Source: Desulfatiglandales bacterium
GTDB taxonomy: Bacteria; Desulfobacterota; DSM-4660; Desulfatiglandales; Desulfatiglandaceae
Assembly: GCA_963666345.1 (NCBI GenBank)
Contig: OY762721.1
Coordinates: 1,408,001 to 1,472,000, forward strand
Direction: 5' to 3'
DNA: 64,000 nt
Below, one piece after another: positions 29,041 through 38,805 of this stretch (positions within the stretch are counted from its first letter, which is position 1; each line of letters starts with the position of its first letter). The notes beneath the pieces were generated by a model that worked only from the letters and a program-made list of their open reading frames with translations, was not told the DNA's origin and searched no databases. Made by a program: the position numbers and the translations under genes.

Positions 29041-29549
29041 GCTCTTGGTGCCGTACGCACTATCTACCCAAATGGTAGTTGTCGGGAATGATTCCGCAGA
29101 CATGGTTTGTTTGTGCCTGTTTTCTAGCCTTGGGTATGGTATCGACTCAGTTACGCCTCAACTGGAACCAAGGAACGCACCGGAAACATCTAATTTGGTT
29201 AGTTCCAAAATTATCGGCAAAATTATAAAACCATAAGCATAAACCGACTAACGTTGTAATTTATTAAAGTGATTTATTAAATAGTTTTATAATTTCTATT
29301 TTTTTGATAGCCTTAATAACAATCAAATTTGGTATTTCAAAGTTAATATTTCGATGCGTATCCCTGAGGGTAGCCAAAAGCAATAAATTATCCTATCCAC
29401 AAATGCTGAGCGGCTTGAAAAATCCAACAATACCAAACCTAATCATAACAGGTACGAGTTCATTTTATGACCTATTAACGGGGTAACCCTAGAGGTTGCT
29501 GCTGGATATCACAGCTGTGAACTATCTGTGGTAAAAAAGAAATGCCGCA

Positions 29550-29645
29550 ACAATATCCATACCTTTCTTGTAACGAAAAATCCTGAAAAATTTTCACACG
29601 GATAAGTAATTGAGGGGGGGCCGGAACTCAAGTCTCCGGTTTTTT
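29550..29645 (+). repeat. G-run motif, copy 3 of 3
   Basis: ACAATATCCA...AAAAATCCTGAAAAATTTTCACACGGATAAGT...G7..AACTCAAGTCTCCGG. Confidence 0.85.
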
Positions 29646-30543
29646 ATTTTTGGCATTTTCCTGCAGGCCTTGCATTTGTCTTCGCACCAAGTGCCGGCCT
29701 TAATCATGATTTGCTTCCGGCTCCAGGTTGGATATCAAAACCGGTACTGATCCCGTACCCTCTTCCGAATTGATATCCGCCGTAACCGCCCCTCACCGCC
29801 TGTAATCGGAGGCGAGAAAGACCTTAAAAGTTTACATAATGGTCTTTATCATGCATTTGCGGATCTCGACATAACCATGATCAGCCGATATTTTGAGCAT
29901 CCTGGAGGTGCCCCAGCCCCGAAAACTGTTTTTTTGGCGCTGGCGTCCAAAACCCGTTTATCGGGATTTCCGGCCGTAACCGCCTATAAACGGCCGAGAT
30001 CCGGATCACAGCAAGAGACCGAATCAGATAAATGCAGGAAGGCCTCAAAAATGGCCGAGATCATCGATATGAGCAAGATCGTGACGCTTCATACACAACC
30101 TTGAACAAATCCCCACACAGCCCCTTTTTCAACCGACACAGCCTTTAGGCACACCTGACCCAGCGTCTCCAAAAGAATAGAACCTCGGTAAAAGATGCAG
30201 TTTTTTCGTGCCTCGGTTCCGAGATCCGAGGGTGAGCTTGTATTTTGACCGCTCATCCTTGGTGTTCCACCCTCTTTATACCGAATTTCAACTGAATTTT
30301 GTGCAAAATCCATCAAAAAGCACCGACAAATTAATAATATCAGGCAGTTATCAAAAGCGCCTCATCCGCCGCCCGCGCCCCCCCGCGTATTTCAAGAGAT
30401 CCTGGTCATTTGATATCGATCCTTAATGCCTTTTGACGCGCCGAGATCCAGGAATTCCGCATTCTCCACACGCATATCATCATTTATCGCATTAACACAG
30501 CCCGACACAGCTCCGGCCGCCTGGCCAGGTGCCCCCTTTCTTT

Positions 30544-30775
30544 AGTGACAAAGTGACACTTTTTTTAAAAACTCTTTTATCTTTTCTCATCCTCTTCTAT
30601 TTTCACCTCTTTTACTGTATGCGCGATGGATATATACATATAAAAAAACCTTTGAGAAAAAGTGTCACTTTTGTCACTTTGCCATGTATCATATTAACTT
30701 TCCTCAGTTTAAAAAGTGACACTTCACCAAACCGTAGAGCCTTGAAACTGTCACTTAATGAGAAGTATTGTCACT
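30544..30775. repeat. AGTGACA/TGTCACT iteron array, putative replication origin of the satellite-like element
   Basis: Seven copies in both orientations around an AT-rich core (gatatatacatat), just downstream of the primase/helicase gene. Confidence 0.7.
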
Positions 30776-30872
30776 CCTCTGTTCTTTTTTTGGGAAATGC
30801 AAAGGGGGAGGCGGGGCAGACGAAAACACAACACTCCCTTTCATTACCTTTTTTAAAGAATAGGCCGTTTTT

Positions 30873-32717
30873 TTATTCGTCTGGATATACCTTCAGGTTG
30901 ATACCTTTAAAAATCCGTTTTCCATTGGTAGTTCTCACCCGGCCAACCGCAGGAAACGACCTCATGATCTGATTATAGAACCTGTTACGGCTCATAATGC
31001 TATACTGACCCTCTTTGCACCAGTCCTGATATGACTTCCACATCTCTTTAGGAGCGACTTGCTCATCCTCCCCTAGATCGCAGCACTCCTGAATAAACTG
31101 CTGGAAAGGGTACATGGCCAGGATCAATCTCTTTTTAGCCTTGTTCACCTCTTCCAGCTCCTCAAAGCCGTCATTTTCCAGCAGCTTCATCAGCCCGTCC
31201 AGGGCCCACATAAAAACGCCGTCAAGCTCATTTTCTATGATCTTCTTTGCCAGGGTATGGTCCTGCTCATCCTCTGCGAACTGTCTCAGAAACTCTATGA
31301 CAATAAGCCTGCGGGCAAAACCGTGGCTTTTGTCCAGCACCACAGGCGGCTCGTTCAAGGAGAAAATGTTTTTGGCGAAATTCCGGAACATATAGGCGTC
31401 ACCGTACTTGCGCTCAGCACTCACCAGATCGCCGCTTACAAGCTTTTTAAAGGTAGAGGTACCCATGGCTTCCCTAGTCGTCTCAGCTGCCAGGTTGGCA
31501 AATTTATTCTCCATGGCATAGGTCCTGAATCTCTCTCCAAGCTCGTGCATACTAAGAGCACTCACGTTCTCCTCCCCCAGCATCCCAGTCAAAACATCGA
31601 TCACGACTGATTTACCATTAGCGCCGCCTCCTATCAGCCAGAGCGCCTTTGCGTACCTGCAGTCGGTCAAAAGGCAATACCCGAAAAACTGCTGAAGCAC
31701 ATCGATTTTTCCTTTTTCGTTTCTGCCTGGGAATACCTCATCAAGAAATTTCAGCCATCTGTCGAGCTTTTTGAAATACTTCACTCCGAAGATACATGGT
31801 ATTTGAGCCTTTGCTCCATATTTAGCGTCATGAGAGATGAGCGCATTTTTGCGATCCTCGGCATCCACATTCACCATGCCATTTTTGCAACATATCAGCT
31901 CAGGGTTACTGCCCCAGTCGTCAACGTGCCTTTCAACCAAGCCCTTCAGAGTGCTTATTGATGTCACTATCCAGCTCGGGGTCAGGTAATCGCCCAAGGC
32001 ATGGACTATTATCGAGGCTATCTGATCCTCGCTGATCTCCTGCCAGATCCCCTTGGGCGTATACGCCCAAAAAACCCCGTGTGTGTGTACCAAGTCGCCT
32101 ATCAGGCCCACGATGTATTTCGCCATGAGCGAGGCAAGGAATTTTCTTTTTGATTTAATCCGGATGAAGAATTCTGCTGGATTTATCTCATCAGGCGGCG
32201 GGAGTTTGTCGCTGAACAGTGCGGTCAAAGCCGGGCTCATATTGTACTCACCCACACTCTCTATAAGACCGGTGGATACGTTCTCCACGGCTGGCGGCTT
32301 CCACTCAGGATCGTAGCCAGAACAAAACGGAGCAAGCGAATCATCTCCCGAGATCACCACCCGGGCATCTTTCCAGGTGCGGCCGGCAGCTTTGCATGTG
32401 TCGTGAAAGCATTGATAGGTCAGGTAAGGCTGGCTGGAAGACTGGACGATTGAGGCATCATTAGGCCCATGAGAGTGATCAAATACGCACTCTTTGAGAC
32501 AATATAGAGTCAACTCGCCTTGCGGCTTCACAAAATGTTCGCGTCCATAGTGATTTAGATAAGCACCCACATCCAGGGTGCCCAGGTTGCCCCGGTTCAT
32601 CGGCTTGGCTTTCCCGGTGTTCTTTTTTTGGGAAGTCGAGGAAGGGGCGGGGAGCTGGGCCTCGCCTTCTGCCGCCTCATCAGCCAGCTTTGATGGAATT
32701 TTCTTTTTATCAGGCAT
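30873..32717 (-). CDS. phage/plasmid primase-helicase, P4/D5 family
   Basis: LICCKNGMV (D5_N), QQFFGYCL, GGGANGKS Walker A, FKKLVSGD...ERKY, RRLIVIEF (SF3 helicase), C-terminal wHTH. Confidence 0.92.
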   Translation of the reverse strand: MPDKKKIPSKLADEAAEGEAQLPAPSSTSQKKNTGKAKPMNRGNLGTLDVGAYLNHYGREHFVKPQGELTLYCLKECVFDHSHGPNDASIVQSSSQPYLTYQCFHDTCKAAGRTWKDARVVISGDDSLAPFCSGYDPEWKPPAVENVSTGLIESVGEYNMSPALTALFSDKLPPPDEINPAEFFIRIKSKRKFLASLMAKYIVGLIGDLVHTHGVFWAYTPKGIWQEISEDQIASIIVHALGDYLTPSWIVTSISTLKGLVERHVDDWGSNPELICCKNGMVNVDAEDRKNALISHDAKYGAKAQIPCIFGVKYFKKLDRWLKFLDEVFPGRNEKGKIDVLQQFFGYCLLTDCRYAKALWLIGGGANGKSVVIDVLTGMLGEENVSALSMHELGERFRTYAMENKFANLAAETTREAMGTSTFKKLVSGDLVSAERKYGDAYMFRNFAKNIFSLNEPPVVLDKSHGFARRLIVIEFLRQFAEDEQDHTLAKKIIENELDGVFMWALDGLMKLLENDGFEELEEVNKAKKRLILAMYPFQQFIQECCDLGEDEQVAPKEMWKSYQDWCKEGQYSIMSRNRFYNQIMRSFPAVGRVRTTNGKRIFKGINLKVYPDE

Positions 32718-32737
32718 AATTCACCAGCTTGAACCTT

Positions 32738-32917
32738 TTACTCAGGCCTGATTTTATGCCGGTCCATGAAGCGAATGACGTCGTCGACATCGTATCTGAC
32801 GGCTTTACCCGCTTTACAATATGGGATTCCGACCCCTTTAAATCGGTCATTCCTTAATTTTGAGCAGGAAAACCCCGTAATTGCAGCTACTTGTTTTTCG
32901 TTAATGTACTTTTTCAT
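32738..32917 (-). CDS. excisionase/AlpA-like HTH protein (59 aa, below the ORF-track cutoff)
   Basis: MKKYINEKQVAAITGFSCSKLRNDRFKGVGIPYCKAGKAVRYDVDDVIRFMDRHKIRPE*. Confidence 0.85.
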   Translation of the reverse strand: MKKYINEKQVAAITGFSCSKLRNDRFKGVGIPYCKAGKAVRYDVDDVIRFMDRHKIRPE

Positions 32918-32973
32918 TCTTCTAGCTCCGTGGAGTATTATTATTTACTCGCAGTATAACTAGCTGATTTTAA

Positions 32974-33030
32974 ATATAAAACACCTAAATTAGCAAAAAA
33001 CCGTTTTTTGCTAATTTAGGTGTTTTATAT
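32974..33030. repeat. perfect palindrome, 28-bp arms with 1-nt spacer
   Basis: ATATAAAACACCTAAATTAGCAAAAAAC-C-GTTTTTTGCTAATTTAGGTGTTTTATAT. Confidence 0.95.
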
Positions 33031-33089
33031 GCTTGAAAAGTGCTGGAGAAGGCAGGGGAAAAAATACAGGGATGAATGTATGACTGTTC

Positions 33090-33734
33090 TTATTGTTCTT
33101 TTTTAGGCGCTCCTGGGCCTTTCCCTTTTGCTATTCCTTTTATCCATCTAATGGGGGTATTATACGAGTAAGGACCATGATGTATGACATCCTGTATCTC
33201 CGGCCTTTTTATTAGTTGAGCCTTGGGTATATCAGGCTCTAGTGCTACTATTTTCCTGGCTGCCTCTTGCACCCTTAACATGTCATTATAGCCGCTTCTT
33301 CCGCTCACTGCTTTTGGTACAGCGGGTTCTACACTCTCATCATAGAGAGTCCAGTATCTCTGTTCATCAATTATAATTGGTAATTCATTTATGGATCGAA
33401 TACAGGAAAACTCCCATTCCTCCTGAAAATTAAAGGAAGGGCTAGTCCTGTAAACGCATGTAAAACTGTCTCCTAAAAAACTATTATTGCCACTGTGGGC
33501 ATATTCGAAGATCAGAAGTGATTGATACCTCATGAATTTGTCTTCAGGCATATTTTCAGGCAATTTGAACATTACTAAATATTTGCATCTTGGAAAGGAT
33601 TTCTTCATAGCGTCATCGACACAAGCAAAAAGCCTAATCCATTCTGCTTCCTGAATTTGGTAGGTCCAGGCATAAGCAAATGAAATGAGGCGGTCATGAA
33701 CAAGTTCCGGGAAATAATCAGCCTGATATTTCAT
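33090..33734 (-). CDS. hypothetical protein overlapping the integrase B stop; possible C-terminal HTH
   Basis: ATG 33734 after a GGGGG RBS; occupies the int-regulator-xis position typical of satellites. Confidence 0.55.
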   Translation of the reverse strand: MKYQADYFPELVHDRLISFAYAWTYQIQEAEWIRLFACVDDAMKKSFPRCKYLVMFKLPENMPEDKFMRYQSLLIFEYAHSGNNSFLGDSFTCVYRTSPSFNFQEEWEFSCIRSINELPIIIDEQRYWTLYDESVEPAVPKAVSGRSGYNDMLRVQEAARKIVALEPDIPKAQLIKRPEIQDVIHHGPYSYNTPIRWIKGIAKGKGPGAPKKEQ

Positions 33735-34893
33735 GTTCCAAGCCCCCTGTTTTCGATTGGTCCTGCTTGTTTTTCCCTTCATCTGCTTTTTTGATGATAT
33801 CTGATGCCAGATCGGAGGCGCCCTTTAAGGCAGCATCCCTTAAATGAACGTACCTCTGCGTCATCCTGGGGTCCTTGTGTGTCAAAAGCCTCTGAAGGGT
33901 ATACATATCGACCTTGCCGCTTGAGGCGAGCATCGAGGCATACACATGTCTCAATCCATGTATGGGTCTGAAGTCTTCGGGAAGTCCGGCGGCTTCTTTT
34001 ATCCTGTTTGCGGATACCGTTACTGTGGCCCTTTTACTGCCGAATCTTCCGGGGAAGACGTATAGGCTTTTTTCCCTTGGGTGGTGTTTAAGAACTCCTC
34101 TTGCACCTTCATTCAATGGGATAATCTGATCTCGTCCGCCCTTGGGATCCCTTATGTTTAAAAACCCCCGTTCAAAATCTATATCCTCCCATCTGAGATT
34201 GAAAAGCTCCCCCTTCCGCATGCCGGTATAGAGTGCAAGCCTCATGAGGTTTCCCGTTTGGATATCCTTGTCCTCTTCAATGGCCAAAAGGAGTTTTTCC
34301 AGTTGGCTTTGACTAAGGTCTTCGGTTTTGATGTTGTTGACGGTGGGTTTCTGGATATGAAAACCAATCCCCTCGCAGAGTCCCTTCTTCACCCCGAAAT
34401 TTATGATCCAGGTAAGGAGGTTGAGCACATGCTTCACAGTTTGTGGAGAGCGTTTCTTGAGGAGATTTATCCTCAGCCTGTCGATTTCAAGGGGTATAAG
34501 CTCTGAGGGTTCTTTGTTTCCGAATGGCTTTTTGAGGTATCTGTTGTATCTGCTTTTGTCTGTTGAAAGGGATTTGTTAGCTGGTCGCGTTTTTTCGTAT
34601 TCCTCATAGAGCCTTTTGATGGTCCACTTTCCCTGTTCACGCGCCTTTCTTTCTTCCTCAATCTCCCGCAGCTCTTTCCGGGAGGGCTTCTTGCCTTCGA
34701 TTCTAGCGGATCGGTAGCTTGAGGCCCTGGCAGGGGTCATGGCGTCGGAATACTGCCTGCCAGCCTTTTCTTCAATGGTCTTCCCGTTTTTTTTGAAGAC
34801 GACGTAATAGACCTTCTCTGTGCCTTTACGGCCTATCCGTTTTGCCTCTCTGTAAAAGACTCCCGGATAACTTGTTTTAAACCTTGCCGCCAT
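33718..34893 (-). CDS. tyrosine recombinase/integrase B, close paralogue of integrase A
   Basis: TGMRKGEL, HGLRHVYAS, LTHKDPRMTQRY; long identical blocks with integrase A (PQTVKHVLNLLTWIIN; ASSGKVDMYTLQRLLTHKDPRMTQRY). Confidence 0.95.
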   Translation of the reverse strand: MAARFKTSYPGVFYREAKRIGRKGTEKVYYVVFKKNGKTIEEKAGRQYSDAMTPARASSYRSARIEGKKPSRKELREIEEERKAREQGKWTIKRLYEEYEKTRPANKSLSTDKSRYNRYLKKPFGNKEPSELIPLEIDRLRINLLKKRSPQTVKHVLNLLTWIINFGVKKGLCEGIGFHIQKPTVNNIKTEDLSQSQLEKLLLAIEEDKDIQTGNLMRLALYTGMRKGELFNLRWEDIDFERGFLNIRDPKGGRDQIIPLNEGARGVLKHHPREKSLYVFPGRFGSKRATVTVSANRIKEAAGLPEDFRPIHGLRHVYASMLASSGKVDMYTLQRLLTHKDPRMTQRYVHLRDAALKGASDLASDIIKKADEGKNKQDQSKTGGLEHEISG

Positions 34894-34929
34894 GGTGTCT
34901 CCACCGGCTCCGTAAGCCGGTCACATTAT

Positions 34930-34950
34930 TTTCCAACCCCATTTCCAACC
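34930..34950. repeat. TTTCCAACC direct repeat, probable arm-type site for integrase B
   Basis: tttccaacc-cca-tttccaacc, in the same position relative to intB as the GTGTGGGGGAT repeat is to intA. Confidence 0.55.
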
Positions 34951-35066
34951 TCCAGGATAGATTATAATGAAAAGTGGTGGATGTCAATGGAAACAACAAC
35001 TATTTGATTATACTTTGTAATACTAAATAATGGATTATAATGGATTTTGGAGAAAAATATAAAAAT

Positions 35067-35114
35067 CGGCCTTTCACGCCGGCAACACCGGTTCGAATCC
35101 GGTTGGGGACGCCA
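35067..35114 (+). tRNA. tRNA-Glu(TTC) 3' half only (att site)
   Basis: CGGCCTTTCACGCCGGCAACACCGGTTCGAATCCGGTTGGGGACGCCA, the exact reverse complement of 2233-2280; 5' half absent. Confidence 0.9.
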
Positions 35115-35123
35115 AGTAATTTC

Positions 35124-35156
35124 AAGGGGTTGCGAGTAATTTTGCAACCCTTTTTT
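35124..35156 (+). terminator. hairpin terminator after the tRNA fragment
   Basis: AAGGGGTTGC...GCAACCCTTTTTT. Confidence 0.7.
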
Positions 35157-35172
35157 ATTTTCTGATTTACAG

Positions 35173-35190
35173 TCCCCCACACTATCCCCA
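35173..35190. repeat. second copy of the integrase-A-type arm site
   Basis: TCCCCCACACTATCCCC is the reverse complement of 2411-2427. Confidence 0.65.
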
Positions 35191-35301
35191 AAACTGCTTA
35201 TGGAACGGCTGATTACTTCAAGCCTTACAGGATTTCCATTCCCGGCAAATAAGACCTTCATATGAAAGTCTTTCTATTCCATGAATAAATCGTTCCGAAA
35301 A

Positions 35302-38300
35302 TCATATTTCATGTATCTTTACCATCTTGCCGGCATCCATTTTTTCGGCGATCTCCACGATCCTTCGGTGATGGGTAAAGAGTATAATCTGATTCCTTTC
35401 AGCCAGCCCTGACAGTGCTTTGATTGTGGCCCTGCTTCTATCATCGTCGAAGTTGATCATAATATCATCTACGATAAAGGGCATGGGTTCGTTTGATTCC
35501 AGACGCCAGTCAAGGGTTGCCAGCCTCAATGCCAGATACAATTGATCTCTTGTTCCATCACTCATCCCATCAACTTTTAACCAAGTCCCATCGGGCCGCA
35601 CACCTATCAAGACAGGGCGGCCCTGGTCATTTATATCGGTACGCAGGGCAGAAAAAGATCCCAAGCTGATTTGCCTGAAATAGTCCGACGCCCTTTTTAA
35701 AATTGGCCCCTGATGCTCTTCCCTGTATCTTTCAATCACATCCAGTAGAATCTTTGTGGAAAGTTTGACGCGAATAAACCGCTCGGTAAGACTTTTAATT
35801 CCAGCAAGAACCTGCTGTGATTCCTCTGCAATCTCAGCAGCCCGAGATTTCCCATCCATCTTCGACATTTCGTTCTTCTCACGGCCGATTGTCTCAATCA
35901 ATTCATTGAGTTCAGGATCAAGGACCTGTTCTATCTCCTGAGAAAGTGCAGTTATCTGTCCCGGCAATTCATCAGGATTGACTTCCCTTCCCTGCCGTTC
36001 AAGTTCTTCAATAGCAACTCCCTCTGCAATTTCATTTATCACTTTTTCAATCTGAGCGATATTTTCCTTTAATTGCAGATACTCACTTGACCGAGTCTCA
36101 GCCTCATCCAGGTCCTCCTCTCCTTTACATCCGGCCTGATCAATAAGGACAGCCATCTGTTTTTGATTGCTGTCAAGGGATGTTTCGGCCCCAATAATTT
36201 CCTTTTCAAGCGCTTGAATCTCCTCCAGATACTGCCGCCATACTGCATCATCTTTTCTTGCCTCGTTTAACCGCGCCAGGAGATCGTTCACCCCCTGGAC
36301 CGATGTTTTGCTTACAAGATCCGGTGCGACCTGTTTCAACAAATCGGCAAGTTCAGTTTCAAAAACCTGATTGTCACGGTCGATTCCGATTATCCTTTTT
36401 TTGAATCCATCAGCCTCATCCAGCTTATCAAAAGAACTTTTGAGAATATCCATGAAATCAGCTGCCTCGGCAGGGCCGGCGTTTGGCTCCATACCGAAAG
36501 GTTCAAGTGCCTGCTTCCATTTCAAATGCCACTGGTCAAGTTTCTTCCGAGCCTCCGTTTTTTCTTTTTCAGAAGCCTTGAGACTATCTTTTAATTCATC
36601 GACCCTGGACTCGAGTTTCTCTCTCGCTGTCTGCTTTCTACTGTTACTTTCCAGCAGGTTCTCGGCATGCGTAAGCACCAGAGTCAGATCTTCACCGGCA
36701 AATTCTTCGCTGCCGCCCCGCTCTCGGATTTCCTTTAACAGTTTCCGCCTTAATTCCTGCCTGCGGTTATCTTTTGTCTGGATCTCTTCAGAGATTTTTT
36801 CAACCTCTTTCAGCCTGAGGCGGATCTGCTCAAATCCAGCGATCCACTGCCTCATCTCCCTGGGAGAAAGAGGGTTTATATTAGAAGGTTTCCAAGCGTC
36901 GTGCCATTGACTTTTTAGATCGGTCAGCCTCGATTCCAGTGTTTCGGTATCGGATTCAATCCTTCCAAGCTTTTCTTGAAGGCCTTCGATCTTTGATTTG
37001 AGAGAGGCCTGTTTTTGAACCCGTTCCGCCTCCCTGCGCAGGCGATCGGCGGTCTCATCAGAGTCGGTTACCATTCCTTCATAGGTTTCAGGTAGATAAG
37101 CATCGTCCGGAACAGCATCTGTTTCGTGTGAAATGTCTTCACCATCTATCCACTTCCTGCGGATCAGCTTCCACTTGGAATCCCTGGTCGACCTAATCGT
37201 GTTTAACTCTTCTTCTGAAGGCACATCCCCTGCATACTGAATTGCCTTAAGATCTGCGAATAGTTGATTCAGCTCTTCCTGGGCATTCTCCTTTCCATCC
37301 TTAATGAGACCAATTTTTTGATGGAGGAAATCCATCTCGTTTTCAAATCGGGTCACAGTCTCTGAAATGGGAATCGACAACCTCCTGATCTCTTCAACAG
37401 TGCCCTGCCAGAGACCTAGCCTTTCAAGATCCTCTCTGCAACTATCAAGCGTAATCTTAAGTTCACCTCTTTTTTCATCCAGTTCCTGGTCCAGGTCGCC
37501 TGCTTTCTGAGCTAGTTTTACAGCTTCAATAAGACCACCTGGATCACGAAAATAAGGAAGCCCTGAAAGATCGCTTTTCGCCTTATCGAGTGTCATCTTG
37601 ATCTTTTTCACATCCTCTTCAGTCTTTTCGTTGCTTTGAAGCAGGGCTTCGTATCTATTTCCTAGGCTTAAAACAGTTTTCCTTTTTGAAAGGGTTTTTC
37701 TGAGGGTTTCGACTTCGTCAAGCGTTAGGTCCGGACGAACCTGCTTCAATAGAGCTGCCGCATCGGTCTTGCAGCTGATCCGCATTCCTTCCACCTGGGG
37801 CCGGTCAGCAATGGCCTTTCTGTATTCCCCTACCCGTTGATACAGACCCTCAATCTCTTCTGCCCTGTTCAGAAGCTCCTGTTTCAGAGAAATGCCCTTT
37901 TTCCTTTCCTGTAGCGCTTTTAACCTTGTTTCAGAAATCTTAATTGTCCGGACATAATTACTTCTCTCCCCCTCAAGCTTTCTCCTCTGCTCTCTGAAAT
38001 CAGACGGCAATACAATCACTTCACCGATTTCTTTCAATTTTTCTGTTAAGTCTTTACGCTCTTTGAGGTGTACCAGTGATTTCTTCAGGCGCTCAAGGCG
38101 ATTCCTTTCCCGGTCCTTTTCTCCCAATGTGTTCTTAATCTCTGACAGTTTCTTTTCCGACTTTCCAAGTGTCTTGCTGTGCTCATTCCACTCCCTGGCC
38201 GTAAGAAGATATTGTTTCATCATTGTCTGCAAATTCCGGAACTTTATGAGTTCCTTATTGATGAGTTTTTTTGTCGCCTGCGGTCTGAACAGAGCGTCGG

Positions 38301-38805
38301 CCTCACCCTCAAGCTCATCAAGGATAGTGTGAAGAGATGTCAGTCCTGCACCCGCGGCAAAAATGGCCTGACCGACATCTCCTTTCTGATCCAGGATGTC
38401 CTCTCCACCACGTACCAGGGCTTCATGATCAATGCCGTAAAGAGCCTCAAACATTTCTCGTTCAAGGCCGCTGAAAAATGGATCTATAAACGACTGATCA
38501 AGGGGATTATCATATTCGTCAAAAATGTCTGCTTTCCTTTTTTTACGGCGAAAGAAAGTAATTTCCCTCCCTTCTTCATCATCAAGCCGTCCGCCTATGA
38601 GAAGGTTGTCGTAGGGATGAATAAAATTGTCATCAGTTCGGACGGGGATACCGAAGAAAAGGGAATTCAAGGCCCGAAGGCAACTGCTTTTCCCCGCCTC
38701 ATTTGCGCCATATACGATGTGGAGTCCCGGAAAATCAGAGGAAAAATCAAGTAAGCGATCAGTGAAGGGACCAAATGCCCTCAAATCAAGTCGTTTAATT
38801 CTCAT
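35302..38805 (-). CDS. YhaN/AAA_27 SMC-like (Rad50/SbcC-like) ATPase
   Basis: YGANEAGKS Walker A, long coiled coil, MSDGTRDQLYLALRLA signature, PFIVDD Walker B, FTHH. Confidence 0.92.
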   Translation of the reverse strand: MRIKRLDLRAFGPFTDRLLDFSSDFPGLHIVYGANEAGKSSCLRALNSLFFGIPVRTDDNFIHPYDNLLIGGRLDDEEGREITFFRRKKRKADIFDEYDNPLDQSFIDPFFSGLEREMFEALYGIDHEALVRGGEDILDQKGDVGQAIFAAGAGLTSLHTILDELEGEADALFRPQATKKLINKELIKFRNLQTMMKQYLLTAREWNEHSKTLGKSEKKLSEIKNTLGEKDRERNRLERLKKSLVHLKERKDLTEKLKEIGEVIVLPSDFREQRRKLEGERSNYVRTIKISETRLKALQERKKGISLKQELLNRAEEIEGLYQRVGEYRKAIADRPQVEGMRISCKTDAAALLKQVRPDLTLDEVETLRKTLSKRKTVLSLGNRYEALLQSNEKTEEDVKKIKMTLDKAKSDLSGLPYFRDPGGLIEAVKLAQKAGDLDQELDEKRGELKITLDSCREDLERLGLWQGTVEEIRRLSIPISETVTRFENEMDFLHQKIGLIKDGKENAQEELNQLFADLKAIQYAGDVPSEEELNTIRSTRDSKWKLIRRKWIDGEDISHETDAVPDDAYLPETYEGMVTDSDETADRLRREAERVQKQASLKSKIEGLQEKLGRIESDTETLESRLTDLKSQWHDAWKPSNINPLSPREMRQWIAGFEQIRLRLKEVEKISEEIQTKDNRRQELRRKLLKEIRERGGSEEFAGEDLTLVLTHAENLLESNSRKQTAREKLESRVDELKDSLKASEKEKTEARKKLDQWHLKWKQALEPFGMEPNAGPAEAADFMDILKSSFDKLDEADGFKKRIIGIDRDNQVFETELADLLKQVAPDLVSKTSVQGVNDLLARLNEARKDDAVWRQYLEEIQALEKEIIGAETSLDSNQKQMAVLIDQAGCKGEEDLDEAETRSSEYLQLKENIAQIEKVINEIAEGVAIEELERQGREVNPDELPGQITALSQEIEQVLDPELNELIETIGREKNEMSKMDGKSRAAEIAEESQQVLAGIKSLTERFIRVKLSTKILLDVIERYREEHQGPILKRASDYFRQISLGSFSALRTDINDQGRPVLIGVRPDGTWLKVDGMSDGTRDQLYLALRLATLDWRLESNEPMPFIVDDIMINFDDDRSRATIKALSGLAERNQIILFTHHRRIVEIAEKMDAGKMVKIHEI

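Noticed and set aside
30529..30972. 147-aa ORF, or a CRISPR-like array in the GTGACA repeats
   Set aside because: Repeats are 7-13 bp, irregularly spaced and in both orientations, which fits iterons; the ORF is low-complexity. No CRISPR array or cas gene was seen anywhere in the window
2233..35114. Functional tRNA-Glu genes
   Set aside because: Both copies lack the acceptor 5' strand and D arm
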